Below, piece after piece: positions 49,181-59,588 of a DNA stretch of 64,000 nucleotides. Within the stretch, counting starts at the first letter, position 1. Every line of letters begins with the position of its first letter. The stretch covers positions 2,137,557 to 2,201,556 of the forward strand of contig OZ244042.1 of NCBI GenBank assembly GCA_965215015.1, given 5' to 3'. This DNA comes from Candidatus Poribacteria bacterium (lineage in GTDB: Bacteria; Poribacteria; WGA-4E; PCPOR2b). The position numbers and the translations under genes are program-made. The notes beneath the pieces were generated by a model, which was not told where the DNA came from, did no database searches, and saw only the letters and a list, made by a program, of their open reading frames with translations.

Positions 49181-52100
49181 TCACGTTCGGATCTCACTCC
49201 CAAACCTTGCCGAAACAACCTTTGACACGCCCGCCTGCTCCATCGTCACACCGTACATGACATCGGCAGTTTCCATCGTCCGTTTATTGTGGGTAATAAT
49301 AATAAACTGTGTCTGCTGGGCGTATTTCCGAATGAGGTTGGTGAAGCGGAGCACGTTCGCTTCGTCAAGCGCAGCATCAACTTCATCTAGAACACAGAAG
49401 GGGCTCGGCTTAATCTTAAACACGGCGAAGAGCAGGGCAATGGCGACAAGGGACCGCTCACCGCCGGAGAGTTGCGTGATACTCTGTGGCCGCTTCCCCG
49501 GCGGACAGGCGATGATATCAATTCCCGATTCTAACACGTCAGATGCTTCTGTCAAACGTAACTCCGTTTCCCCACCCCCAAAAAGTTCCTCAAAGACCTC
49601 TTGAAAGTTGGCGCGTATCTGCTCAAACGCACCGAGGAACGCTTCACGTGAGGTCTGGTTAATCTTTTGAATGGCTTGGTTGACCGATTCGAGCGACTTC
49701 TCGAGGTCTTGGCGCTGGGTGACGAGGAAATCTTCACGCTGCTTGTGCTCCTTATACTCCTCAATCGCCACAAGATTAACAGAGCCCATCCCTTCAATCT
49801 CGGCTTTCAGCGTATCAATCTGTCCCATCAACTCCAGGTCGTCAACCGGATTATCCTCGACTTCAATCTGATCAATTGTGATTTGGTACTTATCGAGGAT
49901 TCGGGCGGAGATTGCCTTCAATTGCATCTGCAACTGGGTCGTCGTGACCTCTAGGTGATGCCGTAGGCGATTATGCTTATCAAATTCCCTTCTGGCTTTG
50001 CGCATCAGCTTCTGCGCTTCTGCAATCTGTTTGATTAAACCTGTATGCTCCTCCTCTAGCTGTCTCACATTTTCCGCCGCCTCAAATTTTTCCTGCTCTA
50101 TCTGGAGAAATTTGCGTTGCGCTGCGTCAATTTGTGAAGAGAGCTCTTGGCGGGTTTGGTCATCTGAATCGATAACCCCCTGATGCTCGGCGATACTGTC
50201 GTGAATCTGTGCCTGATTTTTTTGAAGATTTAGGAGCTCAGAGCTCAAGCTCTGCAATTTTTCCCGTTTCCCTGCTAAAGCAATTTCAAGTTCTTGGCAG
50301 GAACCGATGACTTCATCCCGTTTATTCTTTTCGCTCTGAATCTGCTCCGACAACCGCTTGATGCGTCGTGCTAATGTGCGGCGCGCCTTGGCTGCGTCCT
50401 CCAATTCAGACTGCAGGGCGTCCTGATCGGCTTTTGCTTTTTCCGTTTCCTGATGCAGACCTACCTCTTCCTTTTCTACATCATTCAATTGTTCTTCAAG
50501 TTGGCTAATTTGCCGTTGTCCCTGTTCCAAAACTTTTGACAAACTCGCATGCTCAATTCGGTGCGTTTGCTCCTGTGTAATGAGGGTTTGCCGGGTCTGT
50601 TGGAGTTCCACCAACTTGCCAGCAAGTTTTTTGCTTCTGCCATCCTTTGCATTGAGCTGGCTTGTCAGTTGGTTAATGCGTTCCTGTAGATCTTCTAGCT
50701 CCCTTGAGCGGCTCAGGAGTCCACTAGTTGAACCAGTGTTATGCCCACCCGTAACTGCGCCAGAAGTATTGATTAATTCTCCCTCCAGTGTGACGAGGCG
50801 CGCACGGTGACGGAAACGCCGTGTCAGGTTTATTGCTGTGTCAAGGTCTTCGACTACAACTGTATTTCCTAGCAGTTGCTGAACTGCAACCTCATATTTT
50901 GAGTCGTAGTCTAGGAGTTCAGCTGCCAGACCGATTACACCAACCTCCTCTAGCAGACCATCGCCGTGGAACGAGCGAGTCCGCAGAATATCCAAGGGCA
51001 AGAAGGTCACTCGACCGGCTTTCGTCCGTTTGAGAAACTCAATACCGGACTGAGCGTCTTCAGCGGTTTCTGTAACGATGTTTTGAATAGCACTCCCCAA
51101 TGCTACCTCGATGGCTAACTCGTAGTCTGATTCGGTTCGGATGAGCTCGGCGATGACGCCACAAATCCCGCCAAAGCGTTCTGGCTCTATTTCGCGGACT
51201 TTAAGAATCGCGCGTACACCTGTGTAGTAACCTTCATGGACGGCTTGCAAATCCCGTAATGACTTAAACCGTGAAACGCTGGTACCGAGTGAATCCTGCA
51301 TCCCACGCAGTTCGGATTCTAGCTTGCGGAGCTCCGCTTGGTGGCGTTGGATTTTTTCTTCAGCTTTCTGCCGGGCCATCTCAAGGCGAAGCAGGTCGGC
51401 GTTAAGCTGCTGTTCACGTTGGTGTGCCTTTGTATAATCCGATTTTTCTGCTTCTAGTTCAGTGTCTAAAGCGTTTGAGCGTTCCGTAATTCGATCCAGA
51501 TTAGCAGCTGAATACTCCAGTTTGTTGTTAAGGGACGCAAGCTGCGTTTCCAGTTGTGAGACTTGATGGGTCGTTTCAAGCAATTTTTCCTGTGTTGTTT
51601 CTACGGAACCTTCGGCTTCCGTCACCCGCCTATTGAGTTCGGTCAAAACTCGCCGCCGCGCGGTCAGTCGGCTTTCCTCTAACTGAAGTGAAACGTCAAC
51701 CTGTCTGTGTTCTTGCTCGCGGTCCTCCTTTTGCTCTTTAAGTTCTGATGACTGTCTCTCCAATGATTCGATTGCCTGAAGTGCCCGTTGGCGCTGCTGC
51801 TGAATATTTAGCTGACGTTCCTTGTAAAGTGCAATTTGCCGTTCCGTTTGTTCAATCTCACTCGCAAATTGGCTCACAACCCCTTGCCCATTACGAATTA
51901 AGTTATCTAACTCGGAGCGGCGGGCTGTCGCATCCTCAATCTGCTGCTCTGTGGAATCGATCTGCTCATTGGCTGCTGTCACCGCAAGCATCAATTCATC
52001 TAAGCTGAGTTGGGTTTGAGTCAATTCCTTGGCAAACCGCCCATGCTCCCGACGGTTGAGGTCCAGTTCAAGGTTTTTCAGTTGACCGTGGAGTTGTTGA

Positions 52101-52744
52101 TAACGTTCGGCTTGTTCGGCTTGCCGCCTGAGCGATTCAGTTTCACGCTGCAATTCGTGGATAACATCATTAATCCGCACAAGGTTCCGCTCAGTTTCTT
52201 CTAGCTTTTTAAGGGCCGCTTTTTTGCGGTGCTTATATTTGGTGATGCCCGCAACTTCGTCGAACAGGAAGCGGCGCTCTTCGGGACGGGTATTGAGAAT
52301 GAGATCAATCTTACTCTGCTCCATGACAGAGTACGCATCGACGCCGATCCCTGTGTCCATAAAGAGCTCTGTAATATCTCGTAGCAAACACGGGGTATCG
52401 TTGATGAAATATGTGCTTTCACCGCTACGTGTCAGTTGACGGCAAACTGCAATCTCCGGGGATTCAAACGCAAGTTGTCCCTCAATGTTGGTGAAATGAA
52501 GGGAAGCCTGTGCCCGTTGTGCTGGTTTAAAGTTCGATCCACCGTTAAAAAGGAGATCTTGCATATTGGCACAACGCAGGGCGCGGGGGCTCTGTTGGCC
52601 CAAGACCCAACGAATTGCGTCTGACACATTGCTCTTACCACAGCCATTTGGTCCCACAATAGTTGTAACTCCAGGCTCTAGTATTAACTCCACATCTTCG
52701 GCGAAGCTCTTGAAACCACTGATTTTAATTTTATTGATATGCAA
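49181..52744 (-). CDS. smc: Chromosome segregation protein SMC
   Basis: The N-terminal Walker A (GPNGCGKSN), long coiled coils, a hinge, and the C-terminal LSGGERSL signature and Walker B (CVLDEVDAALD) are all present. Confidence 0.9.
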   Translation of the reverse strand: MHINKIKISGFKSFAEDVELILEPGVTTIVGPNGCGKSNVSDAIRWVLGQQSPRALRCANMQDLLFNGGSNFKPAQRAQASLHFTNIEGQLAFESPEIAVCRQLTRSGESTYFINDTPCLLRDITELFMDTGIGVDAYSVMEQSKIDLILNTRPEERRFLFDEVAGITKYKHRKKAALKKLEETERNLVRINDVIHELQRETESLRRQAEQAERYQQLHGQLKNLELDLNRREHGRFAKELTQTQLSLDELMLAVTAANEQIDSTEQQIEDATARRSELDNLIRNGQGVVSQFASEIEQTERQIALYKERQLNIQQQRQRALQAIESLERQSSELKEQKEDREQEHRQVDVSLQLEESRLTARRRVLTELNRRVTEAEGSVETTQEKLLETTHQVSQLETQLASLNNKLEYSAANLDRITERSNALDTELEAEKSDYTKAHQREQQLNADLLRLEMARQKAEEKIQRHQAELRKLESELRGMQDSLGTSVSRFKSLRDLQAVHEGYYTGVRAILKVREIEPERFGGICGVIAELIRTESDYELAIEVALGSAIQNIVTETAEDAQSGIEFLKRTKAGRVTFLPLDILRTRSFHGDGLLEEVGVIGLAAELLDYDSKYEVAVQQLLGNTVVVEDLDTAINLTRRFRHRARLVTLEGELINTSGAVTGGHNTGSTSGLLSRSRELEDLQERINQLTSQLNAKDGRSKKLAGKLVELQQTRQTLITQEQTHRIEHASLSKVLEQGQRQISQLEEQLNDVEKEEVGLHQETEKAKADQDALQSELEDAAKARRTLARRIKRLSEQIQSEKNKRDEVIGSCQELEIALAGKREKLQSLSSELLNLQKNQAQIHDSIAEHQGVIDSDDQTRQELSSQIDAAQRKFLQIEQEKFEAAENVRQLEEEHTGLIKQIAEAQKLMRKARREFDKHNRLRHHLEVTTTQLQMQLKAISARILDKYQITIDQIEVEDNPVDDLELMGQIDTLKAEIEGMGSVNLVAIEEYKEHKQREDFLVTQRQDLEKSLESVNQAIQKINQTSREAFLGAFEQIRANFQEVFEELFGGGETELRLTEASDVLESGIDIIACPPGKRPQSITQLSGGERSLVAIALLFAVFKIKPSPFCVLDEVDAALDEANVLRFTNLIRKYAQQTQFIIITHNKRTMETADVMYGVTMEQAGVSKVVSARFGSEIRT

Positions 52745-52876
52745 CGGATGTTCCTCCTTCGATGGGCAACTCGCAAGTTACATTTTCATTAACGCAAGTT
52801 AAGCAATACGGTTTCGGTCTTACGTTAGAAAAGTCGGTTGCATGTCAATAGAGTACACCCATGTCAATCATCTCCT

Positions 52877-54013
52877 TTAATCCTTGGAAAAGCTCTGATT
52901 CAAGGCATCTTTAATCTCTGTAATGACTTCTGTATCCGCTTCCATGTCTAAACGTGCTTGTAACGCTTTTCTTGCAGCCTTACCCCCAATTTGCCCTAAT
53001 GCCCATGCAGCATGGCCGCGGACCAAGGGCTCGCGATCGTTCAACGCTTTTTTGAGGGCAGGCACCGCAGCTCGATTTTTCCAATTGCCAAGCGCAACTG
53101 CAACATTTCGGAGAAAACCCCGTCGCTTCGCTCGCTTGACTGGACTGTTTCTAAAACGTCTGCTAAACTGTTCCTGCGTCATGTTAATCAATGAAAGCAG
53201 CGTAGGCGTGAAATTTCCCTGGCGTGGATAAAAGGCACGCTCTTTTGTCGGCACAGCTTTGCTGTTCCAAGGGCAAACTTCCTGACAGATGTCGCAACCG
53301 AAGATTAGGTTGTCCATCTGCGGACGGAGCCCTCGGGGGATGCTCCCCTTCAATTCAATGGTAAGGTAGGAAATACATAGCCGGGAATCGAGGATGTTCG
53401 GTGCTAGGATTGCGTCTGTAGGACATGCCTCAATACAGCGGGTGCACGTGCCGCAACTGCCACGAAGCAGCGGTGTGTCTGTGTCCAACTTGATACTGAC
53501 CAAGATACCCGCGAGAAAAAACCAAGAACCGGCTCGCCAGTTAATCACATTTGTATTTTTAGCAATCCATCCGATGCCCGCGCGTTCCGCGTACTCACGT
53601 TCAAGGACCGGGGCGGTATCTACATAAACTCTGGTTTTGACCTTTTCTTCAGCGGTTCTTTGGATAAATATCGCCAACCGATCTAATTTCGATCGGATAA
53701 GACTGTGGTAATCCGTTCCCCACGCATACCGAGAAATCTGTCCGCGCGATGGATCCGCCACAAGTGACTTAGGGGGGGCGAGCGTGTAGTAATTAATCGC
53801 CAACGCGATAATTGATTGGGCTTCGGGGAGGATTTGGCGTGGATCCCGCTTCAGCGGTAGATGCCTTTCTAGGTAACCCATCTCTCCGGCATAACCGTCT
53901 TTCAACCACTGTTCGTAGCGATCAATCGTCTGGCTTGGTTCAACTGGGATAATACCAGCCAATTCAAATCCAAGTTTTTGTGCCTGAACCTTTATCTGTT
54001 CTGTCAGATTCAT
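52877..54013 (-). CDS. queG: Epoxyqueuosine reductase QueG
   Basis: The 4Fe-4S motifs (CGTCTRCIEACP and CDICQEVCPWN) and the C-terminal HEAT-like repeats are present. Confidence 0.85.
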   Translation of the reverse strand: MNLTEQIKVQAQKLGFELAGIIPVEPSQTIDRYEQWLKDGYAGEMGYLERHLPLKRDPRQILPEAQSIIALAINYYTLAPPKSLVADPSRGQISRYAWGTDYHSLIRSKLDRLAIFIQRTAEEKVKTRVYVDTAPVLEREYAERAGIGWIAKNTNVINWRAGSWFFLAGILVSIKLDTDTPLLRGSCGTCTRCIEACPTDAILAPNILDSRLCISYLTIELKGSIPRGLRPQMDNLIFGCDICQEVCPWNSKAVPTKERAFYPRQGNFTPTLLSLINMTQEQFSRRFRNSPVKRAKRRGFLRNVAVALGNWKNRAAVPALKKALNDREPLVRGHAAWALGQIGGKAARKALQARLDMEADTEVITEIKDALNQSFSKD

Positions 54014-54160
54014 ACTTAGTCATGGGGGTGTCAAGCTGCCATTAGCAAAATAACACGATTTCTATAAAATATATAAAATGAAAGGGAGTTCATGAAAATC
54101 TTGCCGTTATCGTAGCAGCCATTTTTTCCAAAGTCAAAGAAATTATTCCAAAAAAAATAC

Positions 54161-54189
54161 TTGACATAAAACAATAATTATTATACAAT
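54161..54189 (+). promoter_or_regulatory. Sigma70 promoter: TTGACA, 17-nt spacer, TACAAT
   Basis: A consensus -35 and a near-consensus -10 lie about 85 nt upstream of the rpoB start. Confidence 0.45.
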
Positions 54190-54275
54190 ATCATGTTACG
54201 CCTGTTTTTCAGGAACAAAATTCAGAAACGCCCCTATCTTCCAAATCTCAAGAATCTCTAAGGTCAGGTGAAAGC

Positions 54276-57200
54276 ATGCCCCATCCCGTCAAATATGGCA
54301 AGCGTGAAAGATTATCTTTTGCAAAAATTCCGGAGATTATGAATCTCCCCGATCTCATCGAGGTTCAAAAATCCTCCTACGACGAATTTCTTCAACAAAA
54401 TATCCCCCCAGAAAAGCGTAAAGATAAAGGCTTACAAGCCGTTTTCAACGAAATCTTTCCAATCCCCGATTTCAGCGAAACTTCCGAACTTCAGTTCGTT
54501 AGTTATTCACTCGGTGCCCCTAAGTACGACATTAACGAATGCCAATCCCGTGGGTTCAATTATGCCCTGCCGGTGAAGGTTCGTGTCCAATTGGTTCTCA
54601 GAGAAAAAGATCAGGACACCGGTGAAAATCAGCTGATTGATATCAAGGAAAATGAAGTCTATATGGGCGAAATCCCCTTGATGACGGAAAACGGTACTTT
54701 CATCATCAACGGCTCTGAACGGGTGATTGTCAGCCAGCTACAACGATCTCCCGGTGCAACGTTTGGGGAAGATACCCACACCAGTGGACAGACACTCAAC
54801 ACTGCGAAGATTATTCCGTATCGAGGGGCGTGGATTGAATTTGAGTGCGACATCAAAGATCTGATTTATGTCCGGCTCGATCGACGAAAAAAAATGCTCG
54901 TAACTGTTCTGCTCCGGGCACTGGGTTGGGAAACCGATGAAACCATCCTCCATCTGTATGCCAAGACAGAGTGTGTTCAGCTCGATGATTCCCTGATTGG
55001 TCGGGTGACGGCTGCTCCTGTTGAATATTCTGTCCCTGAAGATATCTTGCTTGAAGCAAATACAAACACAGAGCGTGTCAATCTAGCTGACGCTCCAATT
55101 GGTCGGTTGATAGCTACTCCTGTCGAATACAAGCACCCTGATACTGGAAAAGAGGTCTTGCTTGAAGCAAATACGAAATTGACAGCAGAGCAGATTTCGG
55201 ATTTGCTTCAAGCAGATATCAGCGAAGTTGTAGTTGAAGCAAATACAAACACAGAGCGTGTCAATCTAGCTGACGCTCCAATTGGTCGGTTGATAGCTAC
55301 TCCTGTCGAATACAAACATCCTGATACTGGAAAAGAGGTCTTGCTTGAAGCAAATACGAAATTGACAGCAGAGCAGATTTCGGATTTGCTTCAAGCAGAT
55401 ATCAGCGAAGTTGAAGTTATTCCTGTCGAATACAAATTACTCGAAGCAAATGTGGAGTTGACAGAAGAGGCAATAGACGATTTGCTTGAGGCAGGTATCA
55501 GCGAAGTTGAAGTTTTAGACGCAGATGATGCAGAAGAAATCCGTTTTCTGCGAAATACGCTCAATCGTGATCTCCAATCGGAGTATAAACTGCCGTTAAT
55601 TTTTAAAGTGCCATCAGACCTCCAAAGTGATTTGACAGATAATGCACCGGTGTCAGAGACATGGCGTCAACAGTTTAAAGACAGTGGCACCTCTCTGTCC
55701 TCTACCGCGATCATGCAGGTAAAAACAGCAGATCGCCGTTGGCGTGTATTAAACAAGAATAATAGAGAGAACTTTACCATTGAGAAAATAGGGGATACCC
55801 TCAACGTCTATCGGGGAAGTATCCAAGACTTGGCGGTGGTTGAAATCTTTCGTAAGCTGCAACCGGGCGACCCGCCTACAATCGAGAGCGCGCACAACCG
55901 ATTTGAAAAGCTATTTTTCGATTCAGTGCGCTACGATCTCGCAAAGGTAGGGCGGTATAAGCTTAATGAAAAGCTTGGCAACCTTTCCCTGTATCGGAAC
56001 GAGGACGAAGTAGTAGATGAAACGATTCGTGTCCTGCGTGCGGCGGACATCGCCGCGGTTCTCCAATACCTGATACAGGTGCAGAATGGAAACGGAGAGA
56101 TGGACGATATCGATCACCTCGGTAATCGTCGAGTTCGCGCTGTCGGAGAACTGTTGCAGAACCAGGTGCGGATGGGGATGCTGCGAGTTACCCGGGCGAC
56201 GCGAGAGCGGTTGACAGTTCAAGACTTGGAAAGTGTAACCCCTGCCGACTTGATTAATCCTAAACCCTTGACCGCTGCGATCAAAGATTTCTTCGGATCG
56301 AGTCAACTTTCCCAATTCATGCAGCAAGCCAATCCGCTAGACGAGTTAACCCATAAACGCCGCTTGAGTGCATTGGGCCCCGGCGGACTGCATCGGGAAC
56401 GTGCAACCTTTGAGGTACGGGATGTCCATCGTACTCACTACGGACGAGTCTGCCCGATTGAGACACCTGAAGGCCCTTCGGTGGGGTTAATTGTTTCCTT
56501 AAGTACCTACGCGCGGGTCAATGCCTACGGCTTTATGGAAACACCTTATCGCAAGGTGTCTGAGGGCAAAGCAATCAATCGGATCGATTATTTGTCCGCC
56601 GATAAAGAAGATACGTTCACCATTGCACAGGCACATGCTGTCCTCGATGAGGACGGAACGATGGAAGGCGACCTGATGGTTACACGGCAAAAGGACGATT
56701 TTCCCCGGAAGTTAGCACCAGAAATCGATTACATTGATGTCTCCCCGAAACAAATCGTTGGTGTTTCTGCCGCGCTCATTCCCTTCCTTGAGCATAACGA
56801 TGCGAACCGTGCATTGATGGGGAGTAACATGCAGAGACAAGCTGTACCGCTCATCCGGCCAGAAGCTCCGTTGATTGGGACTGGTATGGAACATAAAGCT
56901 GCTCGCGATTCTGGGGCAGTTGTACTGGCAAAGCGGGATGGCATTGCAGAAAGCGTCTCTGCATCTGAAATCATTATCCGCACGGATGATGCCTTCCGGA
57001 TTGCTCATGGAGAGCAGTCGTTCAGCGAAATGGGCTACGATGTTTATCGCTTGACCACCTTCAAGCGATCCAACAGTGGGACCAGCCTCCACCAACGCCC
57101 ATGTATAAATGTCGGAGAACAGATAAAAGCCGGTCAAGTGATTGCCGATGGCACCTCAACAGAGAATGGAGAGCTGGCCCTCGGCAGCAATATCCTAATC

Positions 57201-59396
57201 GCATTCATGTCTTGGGAAGGATATAATTATGAGGATGCTATCCTCCTCAACGAGTCACTCATCGCTGACGATACTTACACCTCTATTCACATCGAAGAGT
57301 TTGAGGTAGAAGCGCGTGATACGAAGATGGGATCCGAAGAGATTACTCGAGATATTCCAAACGTTTCTGAGGAAGCTTTGGCGCAGTTAGATGAGGAGGG
57401 GATTATTCGCATCGGTTCAATTGTCCGTCCGGGAAGCATTCTTGTGGGCAAGGTGACCCCGAAGGGAGAGAGTGACCTCGGCCCCGAAGAAAAACTGCTG
57501 CGTGCAATCTTTGGTGAGAAAGTCGGCGAAGTGCGCGACGCTTCCAAGTATGTCAAGCCCGGCACCGAGGGGGTTGTTGTTGATGTCAAGGTCTTCTCTC
57601 GGAAAGAGCGGGACGGGGACCGTCAAACGGAATTACGGGAGATCGCGAAAAAGAAAGAGGTGGAGAAGGAATGGGAGGCGAAATGTGGATTAATTAACCA
57701 ACGCAAGGACGACGAGATCCGCAACATACTGCTCGGTCAAAAACTCGCTAGCAGTGTTTCTAACGACACAGAACTCATTGCTAGGCGGGGAAAGATTGTA
57801 ACAGAAGAGTTGCTGGAAACGGGCGTTCCGTTGGAACAATTTCATGTTAGGGATGCTGAGGCAATGGAGCTCATCCAACGCATTCAACAGTTGGCGCAGG
57901 GGCGTATTGATGCCCTGACGGAAGAAAAGAAAGCACAAATTGAGAAAATCGAGAAGGGCGACGAGTTGAAGCCGGGGCTTCTCAAACTGGTGAAAGTTTA
58001 TGTAGCGATCCGTCGAAAGATCTCTGTCGGCGATAAAATGTCCGGGAGACACGGCAATAAGGGAGTCGTTTCAAAGATTCTCCCACAAGAGGATATGCCC
58101 TATCTGGAAGACGGTACGCCAATCCAAATCATCATGAATCCGTTGGGGGTTCCGGGGCGCATGAATGCGGGACAGATTCTGGAAACGCATTTGGGGAGGG
58201 CGGCAAAGGAACTTGGATTATATATTACCACGCCGGTCTTTGATGGGGCGGAGGACCCGGAAATTCGTAAGCTCTTACGAGAGGCAGGGCTGCCCGAACA
58301 CGGAAAAGCGAAGTTGTATGATGGTCGAACCGGGGAACCCTTTGCCCAAGAAGTGACTGTCGGATATACTTACATTCTCAAGCTCAATCACTTGGTAGAT
58401 AATAAAATCCACGCCCGCAGCACAGGACCCTATTCGTTGGTGACTCAGCAACCGCTCGGTGGCAAGGCACAGCAAGGTGGCCAACGTCTCGGTGAAATGG
58501 AGGTGTGGGCATTGGAAGCATATGGGGCTGCCTACACCCTTCAAGAATTACTCACAATTAAATCCGATGATGTCATTGGAAGGAGCAAAATCTACGAAGC
58601 GATTGTCAAAGGAGAAAATGCCCCCGCGCCCGGCACTCCAGAGTCATTTAACGTTCTCGTGAAGGAATTACAAAGCCTTTGTCTAGATGTAGACCTAGAA
58701 CAGACATCTGATGCCCCAGATACTTTTGATGCCCCAGATACTTTTGATCTTACGCCTGAGAAACAGAACCTGCAGACATCTAATGCCCCAGATACTTTTG
58801 ACCTTGCCCCTGAGAAACAGAACCTGCAGACATCTGATGCCCCAGATACTTTTGATCTTGCCCCTGAGAAACAGGACCCCACGAGAATTTCCTTTACTGA
58901 GATTGATTTAAAGAAGGCCAACGAATTTGCAGAGAGCGATGCCAGATCAAACCTTATAGAAAACGAGAACGCGAACCGTGAGTATATTCGTATAGGGAAA
59001 CTCGGTGAGATTGCCTTTGCTAAATTTCTAGATAAGCATGATAAGGCATTCTTGAATGACGCCAATCAACTTCTAACATGGGATGATGTTTATACATTGG
59101 ACAGACTGAATCTCCAGACTTGCGACGGTCAAACCGTTGATGTTAAGGCATCCACATACCAAAGCATATTGGTTCCATGTAATAATGAATCCAAAGATTA
59201 TTACGTCGGGGTTAAAATTTCACTGGATAGGAATAGGAAAATAGGTACAGTGAAGGGTTTTATTGATAGAGATGGACTAAAGCCATTTACTCACCCTGAC
59301 ATTGATAAGCCATGTCTTCAAGGAGAATTTGGATCACTTGAATGTATCGAAGCCTTGCTTGAAATGATGCCTGAGGCAGAAAACGGCGCGAACTAG
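54276..59396 (+). CDS. rpoB: DNA-directed RNA polymerase subunit beta carrying lineage-specific BBM2 repeats, a C-terminal acidic repeat linker and an extra C-terminal module
   Basis: Canonical RpoB blocks are present: the rifampicin region, [17 protein letters not shown], and [28 protein letters not shown]. The canonical end ...[21 protein letters not shown] is followed in frame by about 230 additional residues. Confidence 0.9.
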   Translation: MPHPVKYGKRERLSFAKIPEIMNLPDLIEVQKSSYDEFLQQNIPPEKRKDKGLQAVFNEIFPIPDFSETSELQFVSYSLGAPKYDINECQSRGFNYALPVKVRVQLVLREKDQDTGENQLIDIKENEVYMGEIPLMTENGTFIINGSERVIVSQLQRSPGATFGEDTHTSGQTLNTAKIIPYRGAWIEFECDIKDLIYVRLDRRKKMLVTVLLRALGWETDETILHLYAKTECVQLDDSLIGRVTAAPVEYSVPEDILLEANTNTERVNLADAPIGRLIATPVEYKHPDTGKEVLLEANTKLTAEQISDLLQADISEVVVEANTNTERVNLADAPIGRLIATPVEYKHPDTGKEVLLEANTKLTAEQISDLLQADISEVEVIPVEYKLLEANVELTEEAIDDLLEAGISEVEVLDADDAEEIRFLRNTLNRDLQSEYKLPLIFKVPSDLQSDLTDNAPVSETWRQQFKDSGTSLSSTAIMQVKTADRRWRVLNKNNRENFTIEKIGDTLNVYRGSIQDLAVVEIFRKLQPGDPPTIESAHNRFEKLFFDSVRYDLAKVGRYKLNEKLGNLSLYRNEDEVVDETIRVLRAADIAAVLQYLIQVQNGNGEMDDIDHLGNRRVRAVGELLQNQVRMGMLRVTRATRERLTVQDLESVTPADLINPKPLTAAIKDFFGSSQLSQFMQQANPLDELTHKRRLSALGPGGLHRERATFEVRDVHRTHYGRVCPIETPEGPSVGLIVSLSTYARVNAYGFMETPYRKVSEGKAINRIDYLSADKEDTFTIAQAHAVLDEDGTMEGDLMVTRQKDDFPRKLAPEIDYIDVSPKQIVGVSAALIPFLEHNDANRALMGSNMQRQAVPLIRPEAPLIGTGMEHKAARDSGAVVLAKRDGIAESVSASEIIIRTDDAFRIAHGEQSFSEMGYDVYRLTTFKRSNSGTSLHQRPCINVGEQIKAGQVIADGTSTENGELALGSNILIAFMSWEGYNYEDAILLNESLIADDTYTSIHIEEFEVEARDTKMGSEEITRDIPNVSEEALAQLDEEGIIRIGSIVRPGSILVGKVTPKGESDLGPEEKLLRAIFGEKVGEVRDASKYVKPGTEGVVVDVKVFSRKERDGDRQTELREIAKKKEVEKEWEAKCGLINQRKDDEIRNILLGQKLASSVSNDTELIARRGKIVTEELLETGVPLEQFHVRDAEAMELIQRIQQLAQGRIDALTEEKKAQIEKIEKGDELKPGLLKLVKVYVAIRRKISVGDKMSGRHGNKGVVSKILPQEDMPYLEDGTPIQIIMNPLGVPGRMNAGQILETHLGRAAKELGLYITTPVFDGAEDPEIRKLLREAGLPEHGKAKLYDGRTGEPFAQEVTVGYTYILKLNHLVDNKIHARSTGPYSLVTQQPLGGKAQQGGQRLGEMEVWALEAYGAAYTLQELLTIKSDDVIGRSKIYEAIVKGENAPAPGTPESFNVLVKELQSLCLDVDLEQTSDAPDTFDAPDTFDLTPEKQNLQTSNAPDTFDLAPEKQNLQTSDAPDTFDLAPEKQDPTRISFTEIDLKKANEFAESDARSNLIENENANREYIRIGKLGEIAFAKFLDKHDKAFLNDANQLLTWDDVYTLDRLNLQTCDGQTVDVKASTYQSILVPCNNESKDYYVGVKISLDRNRKIGTVKGFIDRDGLKPFTHPDIDKPCLQGEFGSLECIEALLEMMPEAENGAN
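55054..55420 (+). repeat. Perfect 183-bp tandem duplication inside rpoB, encoding two BBM2-like units
   Basis: 55054-55236 and 55237-55419 are nearly identical. Each encodes [59 protein letters not shown]. Confidence 0.7.
58704..58880 (+). repeat. Three 54-bp in-frame repeats at the 3' end of rpoB encoding an acidic 18-aa linker unit ([18 protein letters not shown])
   Basis: Read directly from the sequence. Confidence 0.7.
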
Positions 59397-59476
59397 GGCC
59401 CACGAGAAAATAATAAACAAATATGCCCCCTATCCCCAATACTTGCCCTTGTGATGGTGGGTATGCACCCCATTAG
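58881..59476 (+). other. Low-GC duplicated cassette: C-terminal module of RpoB plus about 80 bp of 3' flank, paralogous to 48533-49120
   Basis: Nucleotide identity is about 88% across roughly 590 bp and includes the post-stop sequence aataataaacaaat.tgccccctatccccaatac.tgcccttgtgatggtgggtatgcaccccattaga. Confidence 0.65.
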
Positions 59477-59588
59477 ATTGGGAGTCGGAACATGATGTAT
59501 GAAGTGTGGAAGAGGAGAAGTCCGAAAAAATAGAAGTGCTTCTCTTCTAATCTTCTAATCTTCTAATCGTTAATAAGGGAGAATAGCC

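Noticed and set aside
58690-58900. The possibility that the RpoB C-terminal fusion is an assembly chimera caused by the duplicated cassette
   Set aside because: The unique 3x54-bp linker that joins the canonical RpoB end to the module lies upstream of the duplicated region and is continuous and in frame. A collapse within the repeat would not create this junction. The possibility is kept as a caveat and not adopted as the explanation.
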